DNA of 59,507 nucleotides from Bacilli bacterium (GCA_017622175.1 JAGARQ010000009.1:1-59507), one strand, 5' to 3'; positions 1 to 7,530 are shown, counted from the stretch's first letter. Notes: generated by a model from the sequence alone, not told the origin. Numbers and translations: made by a program.

Positions 1-86
1 ATTGCCAATCTAATTTTATCAATATCACTTAAATTATCATATTTTTGAATTAAGTCTATAACTTTTTTTGAATTTTTATCTAATAA
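1..86 (-). CDS. 5' part of a hypothetical protein running off the window (MLDKNSKKVIDLIQKYDNLSDIDKIRLA...)
   Basis: ATG at 86-84 with GAGGT RBS at 99-95; 28 open codons to the window edge; not in the ORF track. Confidence 0.55.
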
Positions 87-140
87 CATAATATACCTCT
101 TTTCTTTTATTTATAAGGGTTATAAGCCACTTGTAAGTAA

Positions 141-584
141 TTATTTGTGTGTATACAGTATTCGTAGAACTCTCTGTCTCATTCCACCAGACAAACTAGA
201 AGGATACATATCTTTAAAATCATATAAACCATAAGTCTTTAATAAAGAAATAACATAATCATATGATTCACTATTTAAAGCACCTTTTGTTTCAAGCCCA
301 ATTAGACAATTATCTAAAATAGTCTTCCAAAAAAACAAGGAATCATCTTGTAGCATATAACCAATACTAATATTGTTTTTTAATATGATTTCACCACTTG
401 TTTTATTTTCTAATCCAGAAAGAATAGATAAAATAGTAGACTTACCACAACCACTAGGGCCAACAATTGAAATAAATTCATTTTTATAAACATTAAAAGA
501 AACATCTTTTAAAGCAACTATATCATTTTCTCTAGTATGATAAATTTTATTTAAATTAATTACTGTTAATAATTTATTATTCAT
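141..584 (-). pseudogene. Truncated/interrupted ABC ATPase (SsuB/TauB/YtlC-like), N-terminal part only
   Basis: Walker A GPSGCGKST, Q-loop YMLQ and signature LSGGMRQRV, then 8 unrelated residues and a stop; no Walker B, D-loop or H-loop; start overlaps the stop of the upstream SBP gene. Confidence 0.85.
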
Positions 585-978
585 TATAAATCAACTGTTC
601 ATATGATACTTTTTTGTCAATAGCACCATAATCTAACATAATATCTTGTAAATGATTAAAAGATTCTTTACTAAAATCGGTAGTAATTGGCCAAGCATCA
701 ATTTCTCTATATCTTTTAATTGCATTTTCTAAATCAACAAGCGACGTATCTGGAAATTGTTTAACAATTATTTCAGCAATTTCTTTATCGCTATGTGAGT
801 GTACAAAGTCTAATCCCTTTTGAATAGCATTTGTAAAATCTTTAATAATCTCACTATTATTTTTTATATAACTATCTCTTGCAGAATAAGAAGTATAAGG
901 AACAATACCACCAATTTCTCCTATACTTGCAACCACATATCCATATCCATTATTTTCAATATCTGATGCATTAGGTTC
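577..978 (-). CDS. 3' segment of the split NMT1/THI5-like (YtlA-like) ABC substrate-binding gene
   Basis: Frame is open from GAA at 978 (EPNASDIENNGYGYVVASIG...VPYTSYSA...LQDIM); continues the 6332-6916 segment in frame after excision. Confidence 0.92.
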   Translation of the reverse strand, partial: EPNASDIENNGYGYVVASIGEIGGIVPYTSYSARDSYIKNNSEIIKDFTNAIQKGLDFVHSHSDKEIAEIIVKQFPDTSLVDLENAIKRYREIDAWPITTDFSKESFNHLQDIMLDYGAIDKKVSYEQLIYNE

Positions 979-993
979 TCTTAATGCAACAAA
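961..993. repeat. Left att junction (host arm, TC core, element arm TTAATGCAACAAA)
   Basis: atctgatgcattaggt-TC-tc-ttaatgcaacaaa; element arm is the exact reverse complement of 6315-6327. Confidence 0.9.
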
Positions 994-1036
994 TATAAAA
1001 AAAACACAAAAAAGTATTTAACAAAAAGAATAAATT

Positions 1037-1045
1037 TGTTATAAT
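1037..1045 (+). promoter_or_regulatory. Extended -10 sigma-A-type promoter for the TasA-like gene
   Basis: TGTTATAAT about 50 bp upstream of the ATG at 1097. Confidence 0.55.
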
Positions 1046-1096
1046 CAATATGTATAACATATAAAGATAGGAAGTATGTTAGGAAAGGAAATTTAT

Positions 1097-1747
1097 ATGG
1101 AAAGAAATAGAAGTTCAAAAATTATTGCAGTAGTAGCTCTAGTAGTTGCTGTGTTTGGTCTTACATTAGGATTCGCTGCATTCTCAAACACATTAACAAT
1201 TTCATCTAGTGCATATGTTAGCCCTAGTAGTGAAAATTTCAAAATCGGATTTTCAAAAAGTGCCTCAAGTGCAACAGAAACAGGTGCATTAGCAGGATCT
1301 CCAACAGGAGCTGCAACAGCAGGAAGTGCTACACTAGCAGGAACAACTGTAAGTGGTCTTAAAGCAAATCTTACAGCACCAGGAGAATCAGTATCATATA
1401 CATTCTATGTACATAATACTGGAGAATATGATGCATTCTTAAATAGTATCACATTCGAAAACGTAGCTGGAGGATCTGCTCCAAAAACTTGTACAGCAGT
1501 AGACCCAACTAAAACAACTGCAGCATTAGTAAGTGCAGCTTGTGAAGATATCTCTGTATCAGTAAAAGTTGGTAATGATGCAGCAGTAGCTGGTTCAGTA
1601 GCTGCTGTTACAGGACACTCTTTATTAAAAACAAAGAATGAAACTGTAGTTGTAACAATCTCATATGCATCAGATGGTGACAGAGCCGATGGTGACTTCA
1701 ATGTAGCATTTGGTGACTTAAAACTAGTTTACGGAACAGTTGATTAA
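1097..1747 (+). CDS. SipW-class signal-peptide protein, TasA/CalY(camelysin)-like fibre subunit candidate
   Basis: Hydrophobic leader ending LGFAAFS-NTLTI; LTAPGESVSYTFYVHNTG motif; Ala/Gly/Thr/Ser-rich with two Cys; next to a SipW gene; AGGAAAGGA RBS favours ATG 1097. Confidence 0.7.
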   Translation: MERNRSSKIIAVVALVVAVFGLTLGFAAFSNTLTISSSAYVSPSSENFKIGFSKSASSATETGALAGSPTGAATAGSATLAGTTVSGLKANLTAPGESVSYTFYVHNTGEYDAFLNSITFENVAGGSAPKTCTAVDPTKTTAALVSAACEDISVSVKVGNDAAVAGSVAAVTGHSLLKTKNETVVVTISYASDGDRADGDFNVAFGDLKLVYGTVD

Positions 1748-1754
1748 AATAACT

Positions 1755-1787
1755 AAGGCACAAATCAAAATTTGATTTGGTGCCTTT
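1755..1787 (+). terminator. Stem-loop after the TasA-like gene (terminator or mRNA-stabilising hairpin)
   Basis: AAGGCAC-AAATCAAA..TTTGATTT-G-GTGCCTT inverted repeat. Confidence 0.6.
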
Positions 1788-1816
1788 CCTAGTATATTAG
1801 ATATAGGAGGGAAAGG

Positions 1817-2944
1817 ATGAAAAGAGGGTACAAAAAATTATTAATCTTTCAACTTATCATGTTTTTCATACTTATACTAAATAGCTTTGTTCATAATATA
1901 CTAGGTAATTATTCAACAATAATATTCTTAGTATTAACGTTAATTATTTTTAAATTCTTATTTGGTATAGAAAAAGATAGACATCGATTTACTAAAGATA
2001 TTATTTTTGACATAATTATATTTTTATTAGTGTTTTTCCTACTTTATTATTTATCAGGAATAATAATTGGCTTTGCCAGAACAGATAATTACTATAACTA
2101 TACTGGATTTACAACATTTATAATCCCTATAGTCGCAACAACAATACTAAAAGAACTATTGCGATACCAAGTAATTATGAAGTCTGAAGGAAGTAAAATA
2201 TTAACAGTACTAACTTGTTTACTATTCATTTTCTTAGATGTAACAAATCCAATTTTCTATAATGGATTCTTATCTAAGTATGATGCATTTATTTTCTTTG
2301 CACTTACACTTTTACCGGCAATAAGTTCTAACGTTGTTTGTACATATTTATCTTATAAAGTAGGTTATAAACCTAATATATTATATTTATTAGTAATTAA
2401 CTTATATCAATATTTATTACCATTAGTACCAAATCCAAATGAGTATTTAGCATCATTAATTAATTTCTTATTGCCAATACTTTTAGGATACAAATTAAGT
2501 GGTTTCTTCCGTCTAACAATAGATGAAGAAATAGAAAGAGATTATAATAAAAAAACTATGATTTCTTTAATAATTCCCACAATAATAGTAATAATATTAG
2601 TATATTTTACCTCTGGATATTTCCACTACTATGCAGTAGCAATAGCTTCTGGAAGTATGGAAAAAGTAATATCAAAAGGGGACGTTGTCATCATAGAAAA
2701 AATTGAAGAAAAATATGATGAACTAAAAGAAGGACAAATAATTGCTTATACATATAATGGTGTATTAGTTGTCCATAGAATCGTAAGAATAATAGAGGAT
2801 AAAGGTGAATACTACGTATATACCAAAGGAGACGCCAATCCAAATGAAGATAACTACGTAGTTGAACAAGATACCATAATGGGAACAGTCAGATTTGTTG
2901 TTCCATATGTTGGATTACCAACAGTATGGTTAAATGAAATATAG
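1817..2944 (+). CDS. sipW: Signal peptidase I, SipW/S26B type, with N-terminal polytopic membrane domain
   Basis: IASGSMEK..KGD (catalytic Ser), VVHRIV (His), TKGDAN; about 7-8 hydrophobic segments in the first 270 aa. Confidence 0.85.
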   Translation: MKRGYKKLLIFQLIMFFILILNSFVHNILGNYSTIIFLVLTLIIFKFLFGIEKDRHRFTKDIIFDIIIFLLVFFLLYYLSGIIIGFARTDNYYNYTGFTTFIIPIVATTILKELLRYQVIMKSEGSKILTVLTCLLFIFLDVTNPIFYNGFLSKYDAFIFFALTLLPAISSNVVCTYLSYKVGYKPNILYLLVINLYQYLLPLVPNPNEYLASLINFLLPILLGYKLSGFFRLTIDEEIERDYNKKTMISLIIPTIIVIILVYFTSGYFHYYAVAIASGSMEKVISKGDVVIIEKIEEKYDELKEGQIIAYTYNGVLVVHRIVRIIEDKGEYYVYTKGDANPNEDNYVVEQDTIMGTVRFVVPYVGLPTVWLNEI

Positions 2945-2954
2945 GAGGTTGACT

Positions 2955-4403
2955 ATGATTGATAATAACGAACAAGAAATAGAAGAATTATTAGAAGAAG
3001 AACCAATTGTCGAAGAACAACCAATACTTGAAGAAACTGATGAAGTATATGATATTCAACCAGAACAATCTTCACAAGCATTAAACGAAGAAACATCTTA
3101 TCAAACAGAAGTAGTTGAAGAAGAAAATTTATCAGAAATTCAACCTGAAATACCAGTGTTTGAAGAAAAAGTAATTTCTTCAGAAGAAATAGTAGACTTT
3201 AATGAAATAGTACAAGAAACACCTCAAGAAGTACTTCCACAATACGAAGAAACATACACTAATGAAGTTCATATTGAAGAAGTTCCACAAGAAGAACTTC
3301 CAACAGAAAAGAAAGGTTTTCTATCAAGCGTAACATATAATAAGGACCGTTATGTTGATTACAGAACAAGACTAATTGGACATTCTTTAATGTTTATTGC
3401 ACTATTTGTATTAACTGTTATCTTCTTACAAGGAGCATTTGGCGTAGCAGCTTCTAAAACAATTCAATATAATGAAACAAGTAATCTAGATTATAGAGTA
3501 TATTTAAAAGAAAATAATTTCTATGACACAGATTATCTTGGTAAAAATAAAGTATATATAGCTAACTTAATTGATAATATCGAAATTAACTTCAGATATA
3601 ATTACAATATAGTTGAACCTGCAAATGTAGATTTTAATTACAATGTTGTAGCTAAACTTACAATTGCAGATGGTTCAGGAAAAAATAATTATTATGAAAA
3701 AGAATATGTTTTACTTTCAAACAAAACAGCTTCCATCAAAAACGGTACATTCTATAATTTAAATGAAAAAGTAAAAATAGATTATTCATATTACAATAGT
3801 TTAGCAAATAGCTTTAAACAACAATATGGAGTAGATACTTCTAGTAATCTAACTGTATATTTAAAAGTTAATAAGAAAACAGATATTGAAAATGCAACAA
3901 ATGCTTATGAAAATAGTACAATGTATGTAAAAATACCACTATCAGAAAAAGCAATTAATATTGAATTAAACTACCAAGATATTAATAATTCAAATTATAT
4001 TATTCAAGGTGTTGATTCAAAAACTGATAATATTATATTTGGAGTTCTATCAGCAATTAGTATTATCGCCGCATTGGTTTTTGCAATAAAAATAATTAGA
4101 TTACTTACACTATTAAGAGGAAAAAAATCAATTTATGATAAGTATGTTGATAAGATTCTAAATGAATATGATAGATTAATAGTAGAAAATGGTACTGGTC
4201 CAGATACAAAAAATAATAAAGTAATCAAAATATCAAGATTCGAAGAACTACTAGATGTTAGAGATAATTTAAAATTACCAATTATGTACTATGTAATTAC
4301 AAAACACACAAAATGTTGTTTCTACATTAAACATAATGATGATTTATACTTAATGACAATTAAAGCAGTAGATTTAGAACATGAATTAGATTCGAATAAA
4401 TAA
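2955..4403 (+). CDS. DUF5305-like two-TM membrane protein with acidic N-terminal extension
   Basis: GGAGG RBS before ATG 2955; Glu-rich N-terminus; TM-ectodomain-TM; C-terminal EYDRLIV...FEELLDVRDNLKLPI typical of sipW-linked proteins. Confidence 0.65.
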   Translation: MIDNNEQEIEELLEEEPIVEEQPILEETDEVYDIQPEQSSQALNEETSYQTEVVEEENLSEIQPEIPVFEEKVISSEEIVDFNEIVQETPQEVLPQYEETYTNEVHIEEVPQEELPTEKKGFLSSVTYNKDRYVDYRTRLIGHSLMFIALFVLTVIFLQGAFGVAASKTIQYNETSNLDYRVYLKENNFYDTDYLGKNKVYIANLIDNIEINFRYNYNIVEPANVDFNYNVVAKLTIADGSGKNNYYEKEYVLLSNKTASIKNGTFYNLNEKVKIDYSYYNSLANSFKQQYGVDTSSNLTVYLKVNKKTDIENATNAYENSTMYVKIPLSEKAINIELNYQDINNSNYIIQGVDSKTDNIIFGVLSAISIIAALVFAIKIIRLLTLLRGKKSIYDKYVDKILNEYDRLIVENGTGPDTKNNKVIKISRFEELLDVRDNLKLPIMYYVITKHTKCCFYIKHNDDLYLMTIKAVDLEHELDSNK

Positions 4404-4409
4404 TAAATA

Positions 4410-4442
4410 AAAATCATATCCTAAACTAGGATGTGATTTTTT
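4410..4442 (+). terminator. Hairpin between the fibre module and the recombinase gene
   Basis: AAAATCATATCCTA-AAC-TAGGATGTGATTTT followed by T run. Confidence 0.6.
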
Positions 4443-4461
4443 ATGTACAAAAAAGGTTTAT

Positions 4462-5385
4462 ATGGATCTATATAAAGTAAGACAAGAATTAATGTTAGGA
4501 AAACAGATAACGAATGTACCATTAAGAGTAACATATTATTCAAGAGTATCCACAGATTCAAAAGAACAAATAAACTCATTAACTAATCAAGAAAATCATT
4601 TTAAGGAAATGATAAATAATAATAAAAATTGGATTTATATAGATGGATATAAAGATGAAGGCCTATCAGGAACATCATCCCAAAAAAGAAATAATTTTAT
4701 AAAAATGATAAATGACGCTAAAGAAAATAAATTTGATTTAATAATAACAAAAGAAATATCTCGTTTTTCTAGAAATACTTTAGATAGTATAAAGTATACA
4801 AGAGAATTATTATCATACGGAGTAGGTATACTGTTTTTTAATGACAATATTAATACAATTCTTCCAGATAGCGAACTTCGTTTAACATTAATGTCATCAC
4901 TTGCACAAGAAGAAATAAGAAAATTATCAGACAGAGTTAAATTTGGTATGCATGAGTCAATCAAAAAAGGGAATATATTAGGTAATCAAAAATTATATGG
5001 TTATAAAAAAGATAAAGTATTAAATAAATATATAGTAAATAAAAGACAAGCTAGTATTATTAAAGAAATATATGAATTATATGCAAATCATAATAAAACC
5101 CTAAGAGATATAATAAAAATACTTGATAGTAGAAATATTAAAACTATTAATAATAAGAATTTTTCTCCATCATCATTATCAAGATTAATTAAAAATCCAA
5201 AGTATAAAGGATATTATGTTGGTAGAAAAAGTGAAGTAATTGATTACATCACAAGAAGAGTAAAACAACTTCCAAAAGAAGAATGGATAATATATAAAGA
5301 AGAAAACATAGTCCCATCAATTGTTTCAGAAGATTTATGGAATAAAGCAAATATACGTCTAAATAAAAGAAAGAAGTTTGACTGA
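4462..5385 (+). CDS. Large-serine-recombinase family protein (catalytic + recombinase domains, no zinc ribbon)
   Basis: YSRVST catalytic Ser, DEGLSGT, KEISRFSRN, LAQEEIRKLSDRVK, LYGY, NPKYKG, PSIVSEDLW; ends at 307 aa. Confidence 0.93.
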   Translation: MDLYKVRQELMLGKQITNVPLRVTYYSRVSTDSKEQINSLTNQENHFKEMINNNKNWIYIDGYKDEGLSGTSSQKRNNFIKMINDAKENKFDLIITKEISRFSRNTLDSIKYTRELLSYGVGILFFNDNINTILPDSELRLTLMSSLAQEEIRKLSDRVKFGMHESIKKGNILGNQKLYGYKKDKVLNKYIVNKRQASIIKEIYELYANHNKTLRDIIKILDSRNIKTINNKNFSPSSLSRLIKNPKYKGYYVGRKSEVIDYITRRVKQLPKEEWIIYKEENIVPSIVSEDLWNKANIRLNKRKKFD

Positions 5386-5406
5386 CAAATAGTTATATGT
5401 TATAAT
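5378..5406 (+). promoter_or_regulatory. Sigma-A-type promoter for the orphan gene at 5433
   Basis: TTGACT (5378-5383), 17 bp, TATAAT (5401-5406) with TG extension; overlaps the recombinase stop. Confidence 0.75.
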
Positions 5407-5432
5407 ATGCCTCGATTTAGGGGTGAATCATT

Positions 5433-6305
5433 ATGAAAAGTTTATTAGATTTTGAATTAATAACAAATGAAGTGTTTTACAGAGGTTGGCATATTTTAGA
5501 ATATATTGAACATCATCCAGATATGCCACCATTAGAAAGAGAATCAATTGAAGCAACAATTATGGAAGCATTAGTTTCAAAAAAACTAATTGATCCTAAA
5601 AAAGAGTCATTAGATTTAAGTAACTTATCAATTGTTCTAGACAAAGACCATTACTGTTATGAAGAACACCCAAGAATAAGTGGAATTCCATTATGGATGA
5701 AAGAAAAGTTTAGAAATAAAGCGGTTTATATTATTGGAAGCGTACCAATATCTTTAAGATTATCTAGACCACCATCAAAAGTAAGTAGATCATGTGTATA
5801 TGATCCAAACTATGCCATAAGTTCAATTTTTGATGATGCTACCTTTATAGAAGCAATTTATGATTCTCCAACAAGACCAGGTATCAGATTAGAAGAAACA
5901 AGACCATTTGTAGAAGTAAAAATTGATGGAGTAGACTATTTAGTTGATGTATTAACAAAAAGAATTTTAAGAACAGACTGGTTTACTAAAGAATTTAATA
6001 TGGAAATAAAAAGTTCTATAACTGTAAGTAAAGCAGATAAAGAAAGTAAAAGAAGATATCAAAATGCAATTGCAAATTCAAATAAATTAGGAGAAATGAT
6101 TCCTCTTCTTGAACCACTAATTGATACAATATCACCAAGTATGGCTGAATACCGTTATGAGTTTGAAAAAACTAAAGAAACATTTCCAGAAGAATGGAAA
6201 ATTGCCGATGCAGTTAAACAAGATATGCAACTAAGAATGTCCGAAGGTTTAGACTTTAATTTAAACTTCTTACAAAAAATCCATGAAAAGAAAAAAGATG
6301 AATAA
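5433..6305 (+). CDS. Hypothetical protein (element cargo)
   Basis: 290-aa ORF with GGGGTGA RBS, own promoter and terminator; no signal peptide. Confidence 0.8.
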   Translation: MKSLLDFELITNEVFYRGWHILEYIEHHPDMPPLERESIEATIMEALVSKKLIDPKKESLDLSNLSIVLDKDHYCYEEHPRISGIPLWMKEKFRNKAVYIIGSVPISLRLSRPPSKVSRSCVYDPNYAISSIFDDATFIEAIYDSPTRPGIRLEETRPFVEVKIDGVDYLVDVLTKRILRTDWFTKEFNMEIKSSITVSKADKESKRRYQNAIANSNKLGEMIPLLEPLIDTISPSMAEYRYEFEKTKETFPEEWKIADAVKQDMQLRMSEGLDFNLNFLQKIHEKKKDE

Positions 6306-6317
6306 TCATCTTTTTTT
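6291..6317. terminator. Probable bidirectional intrinsic terminator overlapping the right att arm
   Basis: AAAAAAGATG-AATAAT-CATCTTTTTTT. Confidence 0.65.
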
Positions 6318-6347
6318 GTTGCATTAACATCAAATAATGAAACAAAA
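6315..6347. repeat. Right att junction (element arm TTTGTTGCATTAA, TC core, host arm)
   Basis: tttgttgcattaa-ca-TC-aaataatgaaacaaaa. Confidence 0.9.
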
Positions 6348-6916
6348 TCTCCAACTCCTCCGATAAAAGTCCCACTCATTGCTGCAAAAGCAACGGATGT
6401 ATCTAACGTTAATTCTGTATCAGGATTAATTCCATTTTGTTTAAGAGAATATTTAAGTGTCATTTCTGGCATTCCATAAGCACGCCCTGCAATAATTGTT
6501 TTTCCTTTTAAATCATCTAAAGTAAAATTATCTATCTTTTCTCTAGATACTAAAAATGAACCATCTCTTTGAGTTAATTGTGCAAACGTTTTTAAATAAT
6601 CTTTTTCTCCACCATTATAGACATAAATAGTTGCTTCACTTCCGGAAAAACCAATATCAGCATCTCCAGACAAAACAGCTGCAGTAACTTTGTCAGCTCC
6701 ATTAGCAAGTATTAGTTCAACATCCAATCCAACTTCCTCAAAATAGCCAAGTTCTAATGCAACATATTGTGGAGCATAAAAAACAGTATGTGCAACCTCA
6801 GCAACAGTAATTTTTTTTAGATTTGAGTCTTTATTATTAAAGTTAAATAACACAGAACATGCAATAATAAATAATAATAAACACCCCAAAATATATAAAA
6901 TAATTTTCTTTTTCAT
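6332..6916 (-). CDS. 5' segment (195 codons) of the split NMT1/THI5-like (YtlA-like) ABC substrate-binding gene
   Basis: N-terminal anchor; EVAHTVFYAPQYVA, FAQLTQRDGSFLV, GMPEMTL, GDFVSLF; the 58 further codons in the ORF track are read-through into the element. Confidence 0.92.
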
Positions 6917-6987
6917 AACTCTCCTTTCTAACTAAAGTATTATATGAAGAATAAATATTTATGTTATACTAAAATAGAGGTGGAAAT

Positions 6988-7530
6988 ATGAAAATACTAT
7001 TTATATCAGATATTCATGGAATAAAAACAAATTTACCAAAAATAAGACAAAGATTCGAAGAATTAGAATGTGATAAATTAGTTGTTTTAGGTGATTTATA
7101 TTATATTGGACCAAGAAATAAAATGATTGATGGTTATGATATAAACTATGTAAAAGAATTTTTAGAATCATTTCAAGACAAATTAATTTGTATAAAAGGA
7201 AACTGTGATTCAGAAGTTGATAAAATGATTTCAAACTTTCCAATAATTTCAGAACTTAGTTTAATAGCAACTATAAATGAAGATTTATATTTAACACATG
7301 GACATATATACAATGAAAGTAATTGGAATAAAACAAATTCATATTTAATTTATGGTCATCTTCACACACCATTCATAAAAGAAATTGAGTCAAATACTTA
7401 TATCAATCCAGGATCGATTTCTTTACCGAAAACAGAAGATGGACCAAGTTATTTATTCTATAATGAAGAAGAATTCATCATTTATGATATAAATGATAAT
7501 ATAATTGCTAAAAAAACAATAAAATTATAA
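6988..7530 (+). CDS. yfcE: YfcE/MJ0936-family metallophosphodiesterase
   Basis: SDIHG, LGD, GNCD, THGH, GHLH and NPGS motifs. Confidence 0.88.
   Translation: MKILFISDIHGIKTNLPKIRQRFEELECDKLVVLGDLYYIGPRNKMIDGYDINYVKEFLESFQDKLICIKGNCDSEVDKMISNFPIISELSLIATINEDLYLTHGHIYNESNWNKTNSYLIYGHLHTPFIKEIESNTYINPGSISLPKTEDGPSYLFYNEEEFIIYDINDNIIAKKTIKL

Larger units (their letters stand above)
979..6331. mobile_element. 5,353-bp serine-recombinase gene-intervening (skin-like) element
   Basis: Sits between the two halves of one gene; TC core at 977-978 and 6330-6331; 13-bp inverted arms at 981-993 and 6315-6327; encodes a serine recombinase. Confidence 0.92.

Noticed and set aside
577-936. Independent 119-aa gene starting at GTG 936
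   Set aside because: No RBS; the family-like frame extends 14 codons further to the att core at 978
5383-5460. TGA read as Trp (code 4), extending the recombinase
   Set aside because: Read-through hits TAG within about 20 codons and adds no zinc ribbon; long genes are uninterrupted in code 11 and use TGG for Trp
979-6331. Invertible segment (phase-variation switch) suggested by the terminal inverted repeats
   Set aside because: The TC cores are in direct orientation and both gene halves are on the same strand; only excision restores the ORF
979-6331. IS/transposon, prophage or ICE
   Set aside because: No DDE transposase, no longer target duplication, and no phage, relaxase or replication genes; the 2-bp core and symmetric arms fit a serine recombinase
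6155-6331. C-terminal 58 aa of the 253-aa ORF as real protein
   Set aside because: It is read-through past the att site, mostly antisense to the 5433-6305 gene
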